The notes: generated by a model from the letters alone, not told the origin. A stretch of DNA of 64,000 nt from Candidatus Bathyarchaeota archaeon (GCA_963832745.1 CAWHVC010000003.1:32001-96000); one strand, 5' to 3'; counted from the stretch's first letter, positions 42,938 through 52,326 are shown. Numbers and translations are program-made.

Positions 42938-43213
42938 ATGAGCCTACAGGATAAGCAACGACAAATCAAACAACGGGACCAGAGAATACGAGAGCTTGAA
43001 ACAGCAAAGAATAGACTGATAAACAATAAGATTAGAAACGATAGAGCATTAGACCAAGCAGTAAGGAAAGCTAAAGACGATGGCAGAAAGTTCGTTATCG
43101 AAAAGCTCAAGACAGCGATACCAACTACAGCCCCAAGTTATTTTAAACCAGCAGCAAAGGCGTTACTCTCAGACCTTCAACGAATAATTAAAGATGAAGA
43201 GAAAAGAGCGTGA
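42938..43213 (+). CDS. Coiled-coil protein
   Basis: Heptad-like charged sequence; GAGGGG SD. Confidence 0.6.
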   Translation: MSLQDKQRQIKQRDQRIRELETAKNRLINNKIRNDRALDQAVRKAKDDGRKFVIEKLKTAIPTTAPSYFKPAAKALLSDLQRIIKDEEKRA

Positions 43214-43221
43214 AGTTGGAC

Positions 43222-43591
43222 ATGGTTTCTAAGCTGGAAAGCTTAGAGCTTAAGCTTATCGTGATGTTAAGCCTTGAAGAACCAAACAGAGCAGGATGCC
43301 AAGGCTCTTAGGCAAATCACGAACAGGGGTCTTTATCGGCTGGTCTAAGGAACGCTATGATAAGTACATCGAGACTCATGTTTTTTATAAGGACTACGAC
43401 CTCTCACCGAGCTTAGGGAACAGCACGAAAGAGAACTTAGCGATTGGAGAAAAGAGAGGGACCACACACTTAGGGTAAGCCTACACATTACTCTTAATCC
43501 TAACTTGACTGATTACGAGAAATGGAAGGAAATAGAAGAATCATATCCTTTGGAACCTGAAAGGGTAAGAGGCTGGATTCTATCGCGGTAA
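43222..43591 (+). pseudogene. Probable single gene broken by several frameshifts
   Basis: Protein-like blocks MVSKLESLELKL / GVFIGWSKERYDKYIE / LTELREQHERELSDWRKERD...GWILSR* in different frames. Confidence 0.4.
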
Positions 43592-43626
43592 AAGCATCTT
43601 AAAATTTGGAGAAAGATTAAAGAACG

Positions 43627-43983
43627 ATGAATAAAAAAAGTAGAAACTTTGGAAATGGCTTATCCTCTACAGGGTATAGAACATTTAAGAAAATCTGGAA
43701 TCCTTCTACAAAAGAAGAGATTAACGTACTTGTGGCATGGACAGATAGGCATTGTATTAAATGCAAAAGATTCCTCTCTTTGAGACAGCATAAGTATTGT
43801 TCTAAATGTAAACCAATAGAAGACGCTAAAATAGCAATTAAATCAACTACATCATGGCAAAAGAGAACAGGTAAAACATTTCAGTATTATCTTCTCATCA
43901 ACTCAGAATTTAAAGCAACAACGAAACTTAGAGGGTTTGTGAGTAGACATGCAGACGAGCTTGAAGTAGGGCAAATAGTCTAA
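43627..43983 (+). CDS. Zn-finger protein, paralog B
   Basis: GNGLSSTG...LVAWT...CIKCKRFLSLRQHKYCSKC. Confidence 0.7.
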   Translation: MNKKSRNFGNGLSSTGYRTFKKIWNPSTKEEINVLVAWTDRHCIKCKRFLSLRQHKYCSKCKPIEDAKIAIKSTTSWQKRTGKTFQYYLLINSEFKATTKLRGFVSRHADELEVGQIV

Positions 43984-44035
43984 AGTTTCCTTATTCAACT
44001 TTACCGAATATTTTTGTTCTCGGTAATCCTTTATT

Positions 44036-44632
44036 CTATGTTAAGATTGCTCCACAATGAAGACATTTAGATTCGTCTGATTTGTTCTTAGTTCCGCAGA
44101 ATTTACAGTATATCATTTCTGGAACTTTTCCTTTAGAAATAAGCATGTTAATAGCTGTTGCCCATTGTTGACTGGTAGCTTTTATTTGGTTCTTTATTGC
44201 CATGTTTCCAGCTATCATACTTCCAACCCCACCGAATAAAATTAGTCCAGTTGCAGACAAAGCAGTACCCGTACTGAGACTCAATTTAAAGTCTCTTTTC
44301 GTTCCATCTTTGAATATTATCCCTAAAGAACCATTATCTTCTACTATAGCCATTGTCATATCTGAAATGTGCCAGCATGTATTTTCAAATTTATCCCAAA
44401 AAGTGGGAAGTTTTACTCGGCAACGAAATTCTTTGTTTGTTAATGATGCGTTTTTGCATTTAAGCAAGACAGCATCTTCTTTGTTATAGGCTTCCTTTTT
44501 TGTTTCTAAATTGTTAATTGTTGTTTGTGGAGTTGTTGTGTTTATTACTGTGGTTTTATCTTCCCATCCTAAAGCTTCTTTCATTTTACATGCCAATTCT
44601 TTTTCTTCTTGACTCTCTTCTCTTTTTGACAA
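44036..44632 (-). CDS. Membrane-associated protein with C-terminal Zn ribbon
   Basis: Gly-rich hydrophobic segment; CKFCG...CLHCGA. Confidence 0.7.
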   Translation of the reverse strand: MSKREESQEEKELACKMKEALGWEDKTTVINTTTPQTTINNLETKKEAYNKEDAVLLKCKNASLTNKEFRCRVKLPTFWDKFENTCWHISDMTMAIVEDNGSLGIIFKDGTKRDFKLSLSTGTALSATGLILFGGVGSMIAGNMAIKNQIKATSQQWATAINMLISKGKVPEMIYCKFCGTKNKSDESKCLHCGAILT

Positions 44633-44764
44633 TTTAACACGAGCCCAATAATAACACTCAATTCCTACTTTTTTGTCATGAATATATTTAGGATTTATGA
44701 ATTTCTGCTAAGTTATCTTATGATAAGTCTTAAATCTGCATAGCGTAGAAATAACCATAAATTG

Positions 44765-45145
44765 CTAAGAAGGTGAGTATTGAACATAAATGTTTTCGCT
44801 TGTAGTAGGATTATACGTAAGAAGATAGAATGTGTTATCTACTCTCAAGATATTAGCACCTCGACGAATATCATTAAGAAAAGTTGTTTTAGAAACTTTA
44901 GTGAAATCATCGAAACTGATTTGTTTCTCTATTTCTGCTTGCTGTGTACTGCTAATAAGGTTCCAGTTGATAATGGTGACTCCACCATTAGTGCCAATAT
45001 CCTCTTTTAATTGCTTCTCAAAAGAGTCTGCTTTTGAAATTGCATTTGCAGAGTTATTTACAATAAATAATTGAAACGACAACGTGACTACGATTATGCT
45101 TAAAGCGATAATCACGCCAATTAGGGCTAAATATTTTCTTTTCAT
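44765..45145 (-). CDS. N-terminally anchored or secreted protein
   Basis: MKRKYLALIGVIIALSIIVV signal anchor. Confidence 0.7.
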   Translation of the reverse strand: MKRKYLALIGVIIALSIIVVTLSFQLFIVNNSANAISKADSFEKQLKEDIGTNGGVTIINWNLISSTQQAEIEKQISFDDFTKVSKTTFLNDIRRGANILRVDNTFYLLTYNPTTSENIYVQYSPS

Positions 45146-45264
45146 TACCTTTTCTTATTTCTTTATTTTTTGGAACGCTTATACGATTTATGAATCTGGA
45201 ATAAAAATGAGAAGACTATAACTTTTAAATCTGTATAGCGTAGAAAAAGAATTGAGATGGAAGC

Positions 45265-45501
45265 ATGGATGAGAGACAAATAGTCAAAGATGCTCTAAAA
45301 AGAGAATACCAGAAAAAGATAGCTTCTCAATTAGTTAAAGAATTTAGCCTTAGTAGTGATGCAATTAGCTCAACGGAAAAGGGCGAGATACTATTCGCTT
45401 ATTCATTAGGGGCTAACCCCAACACGGCACTCGGTTTAGTTAGGTCTTTAATGGTTGAATTAGCAAACACAAAAGCAGAATTATGGCTTCAATCACAATA
45501 A
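45265..45501 (+). CDS. Hypothetical protein
   Basis: TTTAAAT promoter upstream; helical ORF. Confidence 0.55.
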   Translation: MDERQIVKDALKREYQKKIASQLVKEFSLSSDAISSTEKGEILFAYSLGANPNTALGLVRSLMVELANTKAELWLQSQ

Positions 45502-45861
45502 ACTAATGATAAGAATTAACAGAGTATTTCAGAAAATAGAGCAAGACCAAAGTAAAAAGTTCCCTATTAAGAGGGTTAACAGTCAGTAGTAATCCAAAAG
45601 TATCATTTAGAACATTTCGTAAGTAAATTGAGACAATTACATATCGCTTCCGCTTTCGTGCGTGTCTGCACTAACGCTTTCGCTGATGGTTAAAAGAAAA
45701 GAGGTTTTCTTTTGAATTTTTCAATAATAAAAAGACAACTAAGTTTTCTTTGGAGCTTTCGCCTTTCAAGCAAGAAGTAAAGTAGTGTAGCAATAATTCT
45801 ATGTAAGCTTTTATACCACCTTAACATACTTGTCAATACTAAGAAGTAAGGTGTTTGAGGG

Positions 45862-45984
45862 ATGAGAAAGAAAATCAACATATCCATTGATGAGCAGTTG
45901 GTAGCTTCACTTCAAGCAGAGGCAGTTAAGAAGAATATCAGTTTATCAAGGCTGATAGAAAATAAACTGAAAGGAATATCTTGA
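45862..45984 (+). CDS. Ribbon-helix-helix regulator MRKKINISIDEQLVASLQAEAVKKNISLSRLIENKLKGIS
   Basis: Typical RHH pattern; GAGG SD; directly upstream of int(N). Confidence 0.8.
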   Translation: MRKKINISIDEQLVASLQAEAVKKNISLSRLIENKLKGIS

Positions 45985-45994
45985 GGGACCAGTA

Positions 45995-46229
45995 ATGAAA
46001 GTAACCTGTCCAATCTGTAACATGGAAGGAATCTTAGAGCAAAGAGGTAACAGTCAAAGAGTATTGCATTACAAGGGCTTCATTAACGGTAAAAGAACTT
46101 ATGAAAAGCACACCATTCAGGGAGTAAATGGGAATAACTCTCTGGGAATAAAAAGTCTCGTTTTAGGCTCTAATAGTAGAAGAGTGGCGGGTGGGGAGGG
46201 ATTTGAACCCTCGACCCCCAACTTAGGAG
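45995..46229 (+). CDS. int: Tyrosine integrase, N-terminal fragment (CPIC...H...H Zn motif)
   Basis: Reads into the att as VAGGEGFEPSTPNLG in the same frame as int(C). Confidence 0.85.
46184..46229. repeat. att direct repeat (right), within the intact tRNA-Arg
   Basis: Identical to 38054-38099. Confidence 0.95.
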
Positions 46230-46326
46230 GCTGGTGCTCTATCCGTGAAGAATCCGTTAGACTCGGTACCAGCCCTTTTAGCCGATAGCCAAGCGAAATC
46301 TCCAATCCGTGCTGAGCTACTCACCC
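46185..46326 (-). tRNA. tRNA-Arg(CCT), encoded CCA, 64 nt of D-loop intron sequence (about 46241-46304)
   Basis: D stem GCTC/GAGC, anticodon arm CCAGC-CTCCTAA-GTTGG, T arm GAGGG-TTCAAAT-CCCTC. Confidence 0.92.
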
Positions 46327-46397
46327 AATAGCACCAACAAACAAGAAACCTACCTATAGAAACTTTACTGAAAACCCAAAAGATTGCTGTTGTTAGT

Positions 46398-46553
46398 CTA
46401 CTTCTTTTTTTCGAAATAAACGTGGTTTTCGTCTGCCCAGAATTGTACTGTGTCGCCTTTTTTTAGGTTTAGATGTGTGGCTACTTCTTTGGGGATTGTT
46501 ATTCTGAGGGAGTTTCCGACTTGCATGACGCTTACTTCTATCTTGAGGGGCAT
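46398..46553 (-). CDS. AbrB/MazE/SpoVT-family DNA-binding protein
   Basis: MPLKIEVSVMQVGNSLRITIPKEVATHLNLKKGDTVQFWADENHVYFEKKK (not in the ORF track). Confidence 0.85.
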   Translation of the reverse strand: MPLKIEVSVMQVGNSLRITIPKEVATHLNLKKGDTVQFWADENHVYFEKKK

Positions 46554-46642
46554 TGCTGTAACCTGTTTTATCAGAGTATTCCAAAGATACTTTTATAAGC
46601 ATTGCATTCTTTAAGAATACTATAAGAGTACTTCAAAAGTAA

Positions 46643-46975
46643 ATGGTGAACACGCGAACGAAAATATGCACAACCGATTCCGAGGTTCTTCTTAATCATT
46701 GTGAGCTTGAGCGTATGTTGCAGAAGGCTCGCTTAGAGGGTGCTATTGGTTACATTAATTATCCTTGTGAAGCGCTGGATGAAAAGAAAATCTGCACCTT
46801 AGCTGAGTTAAACGGGGCAGTCAGGGGCGACTGGGACAGTGCATGCGGCGCCGTTGGGCAGTTAATGATGGAAAACCTGCTGCTTGACGGGTACGCAAAC
46901 GGTTTAATGGCAAACATCAAACCAGAAAAGGCACAGGAGCAAGAAAAGCAACTCAACAAGCAACACCCAACATGA
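46643..46975 (+). CDS. Hypothetical protein, divergent from AbrB
   Basis: 110-aa ORF with TTTAAG promoter upstream. Confidence 0.55.
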   Translation: MVNTRTKICTTDSEVLLNHCELERMLQKARLEGAIGYINYPCEALDEKKICTLAELNGAVRGDWDSACGAVGQLMMENLLLDGYANGLMANIKPEKAQEQEKQLNKQHPT

Positions 46976-47214
46976 TGAACTGCCAGGTTTGTAAAGCTGC
47001 TACTGCTTGCAGCTTAACCCACAACCAGCCTGCAACGCAACACAAACGCAGACACCAAAAAGCAACCATCCACCAAACCCCCAGATTGTTGTTGTGCATA
47101 GACGTTTTTTGGCAACAACTACTACAATAAAACAAGTTAACAATTTCAGCATCTTAAGAGGGCATGCTTGATTAAGCCCAAAGCGCATTTAGGCTGAAAA
47201 GCTGGCAAAAATGG

Positions 47215-47955
47215 ATGATTGAAATACGGCAAACACCTGAAGGCAACGCTTTGATTCTGACTTCTGTCTCCGAATTCTGTGGCGCCATGGGATACTGCGA
47301 AGTACGCGTCCAACATTTCCTAAAAGGCATAAAGGCGCCCCAAACTAAAATCACATTGGATGGTATAGAGTCACATGAAAAAGAAGAAGCCTACGAACGT
47401 GAACACTTCAAGTTTGAACCAGTCACCAAAGAAGCACTATCTGATTTTACTAAAGACATAGAGTTTGCCCGCGAAGGTCTCTATACAAGGTTTCAGCGGA
47501 CACTTGTTTTCGGCGAAGAAACCCTATCGATACTGGTTTATGGTCGCGCTGATAAAGTGATGCGGAGCCAAGGAACCCTGATTGTGGAAGATTCCAAGTA
47601 CCCAACAAGCCGTGACAAGTACCAAGACAAGTTTGAACCGTTTGATGACCAAAAACTTCAGACGCTACTGTATTTGAACTCAAGTTTTAGCGAGAAAGGC
47701 TTAAGCTCGCAAGGGGACTGCTTTGAAATTAAATGCGAAAAACGTGCCTGGATAATCAACATTAAAGATAAGGCGACTCTTGAAAGCGTTAAAGTATTTC
47801 AGGGCTATCAAACAAAGCAAGCAGAAGATTTTCTTAACAAGAATCTAAGTAAGTTTGCGTTGTTGGTTTTAGGTAAAATGGAGCCTAAGCATCACGGGAA
47901 CCCCCGCAAGTGCCGTAGCTGTCGTTTTGATAACTGCCAATTTAGAACTATTTGA
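47215..47955 (+). CDS. Solo Cas4-like PD-(D/E)xK exonuclease
   Basis: N-terminal Cys (GYCE), GRADKV, VEDSK, QTLLY, C-terminal CRSC...C. Confidence 0.8.
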   Translation: MIEIRQTPEGNALILTSVSEFCGAMGYCEVRVQHFLKGIKAPQTKITLDGIESHEKEEAYEREHFKFEPVTKEALSDFTKDIEFAREGLYTRFQRTLVFGEETLSILVYGRADKVMRSQGTLIVEDSKYPTSRDKYQDKFEPFDDQKLQTLLYLNSSFSEKGLSSQGDCFEIKCEKRAWIINIKDKATLESVKVFQGYQTKQAEDFLNKNLSKFALLVLGKMEPKHHGNPRKCRSCRFDNCQFRTI

Positions 47956-48102
47956 CGTGTAACTCTTTAGTTGTCGGTTTAGGAAGCGGTCTTTGCTTGT
48001 TTTGCAACGGCTACTTTGCAAGTCCTGCGAGCTCCAGTAAACAATTCAGCAAGTTAGGCTTCTTAACTAAGCATTTAAGACTAAAATTCTACAGGTAGAA
48101 GT

Positions 48103-48306
48103 ATGAAAAGCAATAAAGCGCTTAAGCAAATAACCGCTATGTTTGAGGCATACACTGAATTGTCACTTGTATTGTTTGGTGTTCTCTCGATTTTGGTGGT
48201 GTTTGTTTTTCCGCTACGCATGGATATCAGATTGCTTGTGGGCGGTTTCGGTTTTTACTTGGTGGCTACTGGCGTAGTGGCTAAACTGATTTCCCGCAAA
48301 AACTAA
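48103..48306 (+). CDS. Small two-TM membrane protein
   Basis: Two hydrophobic helices. Confidence 0.55.
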   Translation: MKSNKALKQITAMFEAYTELSLVLFGVLSILVVFVFPLRMDIRLLVGGFGFYLVATGVVAKLISRKN

Positions 48307-48824
48307 ACAAGAAAAACCTAAATTGACGTGTATTTGCTTTTTTATAGGTGTCTTTTTGTTACAACATAATATTATATTTGAGGTAGAGAAAGTTGTATTT
48401 GTGCCAAGTTGAGGAACACGCTCTACGGTGGCAAAAGTGACTGGTTTCAAGAAATGCTAAATGACAAATTTGGCGATAGTCTCAAAGAAAGAGTCAATAG
48501 CAAAGTAATGAAGCAAAGTCTTGCTTGCTGTGGGGTTTAGACTTAACTTGGCATTTTTATTTTTGGACAAAATTTAGTTTAGTTGGAAGGGAGAATAAGC
48601 GCCTTCTCCTTCGCTTACCCTTCCCTTTTTTGTTAGGAAACTTCCCCTTTCTCCTTGAAACACAATAAAGTAGTTTTTATTTAAAAGGGATATTTCCCAA
48701 CCAGTAATATTCCCCAAAACTCGATATTACATGCAAAAAGAAGGATAGCAGATAAACTAGCAACTGCGAACTTGATAGAAGTGGCATAAAGAATATGCCC
48801 GATGAATGCTCAAGGAAGAAACTG

Positions 48825-49211
48825 TTAGGCAGGCGTTTTTGTGCAATGCTCAAATCCAATTCTTTGGGCATCTCTGAGTAACCTTGCAACCTCAGACTTA
48901 TCTTTTTCAAAACTATGTACTTCAATGTGCCGGACAGACTTGTTTTTCTCTTTTGTTCCATGACTCTTCAAAAGCATGGATGCAAGCGAGGTACCCATAG
49001 CGAATTCGACGTCTACGTGACCACTTGCTTGGGTCAACCAAACAAAGTCTTTGCCGTCAAGAACGTAAGTAATGCTGCCGTGTCGAATAATTTCTGTTGA
49101 TTCTGGAACAATGCTTTTGATTAGGTTTTGAAGGCTCTGGGTTGTTTGCCGCTGTTTTTCGTCAAGACTGCTTAAAAGTTCTTCAAGAGCTATTTTTTCG
49201 TGATACTCCAT
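48825..49211 (-). CDS. DUF1801-like protein
   Basis: LIKSIVPESTEII...HVDVEFAMG...VRHIEV. Confidence 0.7.
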   Translation of the reverse strand: MEYHEKIALEELLSSLDEKQRQTTQSLQNLIKSIVPESTEIIRHGSITYVLDGKDFVWLTQASGHVDVEFAMGTSLASMLLKSHGTKEKNKSVRHIEVHSFEKDKSEVARLLRDAQRIGFEHCTKTPA

Positions 49212-49435
49212 AACATAAGGTTAAAGGTGCAGGTTCATAATAGTTGCGGAGAGAAAGTTTCATCATGTTTTAGATGTTTTTCTGCATCATTTCGGAATTA
49301 CTCCATAGTATTTTGCAGTTTTAGCTTAGAGCCTACTATTCTGGAAAAGGTAGACCCCCTATGGTTCCTGCATATAATTTCTAATAGGATCCAAATAATC
49401 CAATAAATTGGTTGCTGAAAGTCTCAGGCGACTTT

Positions 49436-49621
49436 TTAGGCTTTAATTGTCTCTAAAACAAGCCTTGTTGTAGTAACGTCTATCTCTGAGATTTTGACGT
49501 TATTGTACTCTTTTCCTTCACCTATAATGTTTTTAACAATAACTTTTTTACCTTCTACTTTAGCATAAATGACGTCATTGAAAACTTTGTTTCCGTCTAA
49601 AATAACATTAAATTCGCACAT
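49436..49621 (-). CDS. CooT-family nickel-binding protein
   Basis: MCEFNV...FNDVIY...KNIIGE...EIDV. Confidence 0.8.
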   Translation of the reverse strand: MCEFNVILDGNKVFNDVIYAKVEGKKVIVKNIIGEGKEYNNVKISEIDVTTTRLVLETIKA

Positions 49622-49803
49622 GACTATTTCACAAATTTAAAGAATATTTTTCCCTTGTAATAAGCACTTTTATTCTAATGTGATTTTTCACAGGTAAAAC
49701 ATTAGGCGCGTTTTGTTGTTGTGTTGTGGTTACTGCAAAAGTTTTTAGAATCAAAATTGTTTTTGTAAAATGGTTAGAGCTTGAAACTTGACCTGAAGTT
49801 TCT

Positions 49804-50187
49804 TTGCTAAGTAAACCCTGCTATGGTGCTCATGTTATGGTTTTAGTTGAAGGATTAAACCTTAAAGCAAAACGCATACCAAAAAAACAACTTGAACCTG
49901 TTTGGAAGTCCCTGACGGATAAACCGTACCCCAAAATTAAAGCGTTAATCCTAAATGACAGCGACTTTAATCACATTATTGAGCTTCGTCAATGTCCTGA
50001 AGATATGATGCGGGAAATTGAAGAGTGGGGGCGTGTATTGACAACCAAAGGCACAGATGCCTGCATTTTTAATGGAGACTACAAAGAAAAAAATGAATAC
50101 ACTATTTTAATCAGGGAAAAACCATATCATAAAATTGAAGAAATAATCCCGCACGAGTTATCACACATTATACGTGGCGACCTGTAA
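49804..50187 (+). CDS. Small protein with C-terminal HExxH (zincin-like)
   Basis: IIPHELSHII. Confidence 0.6.
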   Translation: MLSKPCYGAHVMVLVEGLNLKAKRIPKKQLEPVWKSLTDKPYPKIKALILNDSDFNHIIELRQCPEDMMREIEEWGRVLTTKGTDACIFNGDYKEKNEYTILIREKPYHKIEEIIPHELSHIIRGDL

Positions 50188-50213
50188 AAAGAAAAAACCA
50201 CTGTGTTGCAGGT

Positions 50214-52232
50214 TTATAGGGCGTGAGATAGCCAAACTAGGTAAAGTGATAGACTTACGATGAACAGGCTTGCCCAGACTTTTTTGTTGTATTGGAAGAC
50301 GTCTGCTCCAAACATGGGTTTGATGGGGATTGTGTCAATGAATGCCGCTACCAAACACATTGCCAAGCCGGCTCCGCCAATTAAGGTGTAACCTGCCAGT
50401 ACAAGTGCAAAGAAAATGCCTGCAAAAACCAAATTGAGCAATATACTTATACTCATTACTATGCCAATGAAGTTATCGGGCCTGTTTGATGTGCTTACTC
50501 TTCTTGTCGGCGAAGAGAATGGCGCTCGGAAAGCAACAGTTGAAATTAGAAACAAAGCGATACCCAGGTACCATATCTTATATTCAGTCCAAACACCTTG
50601 CCACCTTGCGTAGACCGTGAGCATATAAGTTCTGACTAAGCCAACAACAAGGCTAGTAGCAATAAACGTTGGTAAAATTAATAAAAACTCGGGCAATGAA
50701 TTCACCTGAACGTAAGCAAAAGAAAACGTGAGAACAAGAATAGACGCTACATAAACTAAAAGTTCGCCTTTTGTAGGCTGATATACTGAACCATGCTTTT
50801 CATTAACATCCATCTTGTGTTTAGTCAAAACTATGCTTTCAAACCAATCTTTAACTGTGACAGGTAAAATGTTTCGAAGCTTGCCCGCAAGGCTTTCAGC
50901 AATTTTGCCTAAAAACGAGGACACAGTTGTCGCGGCAGGAACATTTGAAAATGCGGCAGCAAGGATTGAAGTTACTGACATAACGCTGACAGTGACGATG
51001 CTTGCGGCTACCCCGTTTGCTGGAGTAGGTGCCCAAATATTTCCATTAGTGTCACTGGTTGAGTTTTGGTTGGATGTGCTTCCAGGGGTGAATTCGGTGC
51101 CATAAGCGTAAACATGGCTGTCATAGGAACCAACAAACATTACTCCACCACCAACTGTTGGAGCTGAAAATACTCCGCTGCCAGTCTGGTAACTCCATAG
51201 CAGATTACCAGATGAAGCATCAAAGGCATAAACTGAATTATCAGGAGCATATGAACCAACAAAAACAGCGCCATCGGCAATTGCAGGCGAAGAATAGATT
51301 GGGCCATCCGTTGAGTAAGTCCATGCTTGTTTTCCTGATGCAGCATTAATTGCGTAGAAATCACCTGATTCAGATCCAACATAGACTAGCCCATTGTAAA
51401 CGGCTGGTGAAGAAGAAACCTTATCGGGGGTTGGAAAAGTCCAAAGTGTTGACCCGTCCGAAGCACGAAATGCATACAAGTCATGGTTAGTTGAACCAAT
51501 GTAAACAACTCCATCAACTACAGCGGGGGAAGAGTTAGTGTACGTGTCTCCGTCGTTTGTTTGTGAACTCCAAATTTTAGTGCCTGTTGAAGCATCTAAA
51601 GCGTAGAAGTTTCCGTCTTGTGAACCAAAATAGACCACTCCATTAACTACAGCTGCAGAGCTTCGAATATCGCCCCCCGTCGGATACTTCCAAATTTGAG
51701 TGCCAAAATTAGCGTCTAAAGCGTACATGTTATCATCTGTTGAACCAACGTAAACTATTCCGTTAACAACTACTGGAGAAGCCCAAACAGCGCCACCTGT
51801 TAGGAAGTTCCATTTCAAGTTGCCCCCTTCAACGTACAGGGCGTAGACGTTAAAATCGTTTGAACCCACATATACGACACCATTTGCAACGGTAGGCGTA
51901 GACCATACGTCGTCGCCTGTTTTGTAAGTCCAAACTTGGTTGCCAGTGTTTGCATCTAAAGCGTATATGTTTCCACCGAAGCACCCAGTGTAGGCTGTGC
52001 TGCCTGAAATGGTGACTGCTGAACGGACTGCGCCGTCGAGGCTGGCTTGCCAGAGTATTTGACTTGTTTTGGGTGCTGTGGATGTTGAGTATCTTGAGCC
52101 TGAGAGGTCATGCCCAAAAGTTGACCATTCACTGCTGGTTTGTCCTTTGACGATTGGCGTTAAAGCTGTGACTATCAACAGGACTATTAATGCACAAAGC
52201 AAGGCGGTTACTATTTTTTGTGAATTTTGCAA
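50214..52232 (-). CDS. PQQ/BamB beta-propeller fused to a C-terminal M50-like membrane domain
   Basis: About 8 SSPAVxxGVVYxGS..YALDA.TG...W repeats, then about 7 TMs. Confidence 0.85.
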   Translation of the reverse strand: MQNSQKIVTALLCALIVLLIVTALTPIVKGQTSSEWSTFGHDLSGSRYSTSTAPKTSQILWQASLDGAVRSAVTISGSTAYTGCFGGNIYALDANTGNQVWTYKTGDDVWSTPTVANGVVYVGSNDFNVYALYVEGGNLKWNFLTGGAVWASPVVVNGIVYVGSTDDNMYALDANFGTQIWKYPTGGDIRSSAAVVNGVVYFGSQDGNFYALDASTGTKIWSSQTNDGDTYTNSSPAVVDGVVYIGSTNHDLYAFRASDGSTLWTFPTPDKVSSSPAVYNGLVYVGSESGDFYAINAASGKQAWTYSTDGPIYSSPAIADGAVFVGSYAPDNSVYAFDASSGNLLWSYQTGSGVFSAPTVGGGVMFVGSYDSHVYAYGTEFTPGSTSNQNSTSDTNGNIWAPTPANGVAASIVTVSVMSVTSILAAAFSNVPAATTVSSFLGKIAESLAGKLRNILPVTVKDWFESIVLTKHKMDVNEKHGSVYQPTKGELLVYVASILVLTFSFAYVQVNSLPEFLLILPTFIATSLVVGLVRTYMLTVYARWQGVWTEYKIWYLGIALFLISTVAFRAPFSSPTRRVSTSNRPDNFIGIVMSISILLNLVFAGIFFALVLAGYTLIGGAGLAMCLVAAFIDTIPIKPMFGADVFQYNKKVWASLFIVSLSLYLVWLSHAL

Positions 52233-52326
52233 CCTTTTCCCTGAAGAATGCTGTATGCAACGGTTTGTTTTTAAGACTTTTCAACCAAAACTAAAATCAA
52301 ACATACAAACGCTGTCTTGTCTGTGC

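Larger units (their letters stand above)
38054..46229. mobile_element. 8.13-kb element integrated in tRNA-Arg(CCT) via an SSV1-type split integrase
   Basis: 46-bp perfect direct repeats, int(C) inside the left end and int(N) inside the right end, dense small ORFs. Confidence 0.92.

Noticed and set aside
46393-46602. ORF-track 69-aa minus ORF
   Set aside because: A different frame (46398-46553) encodes a clear AbrB domain
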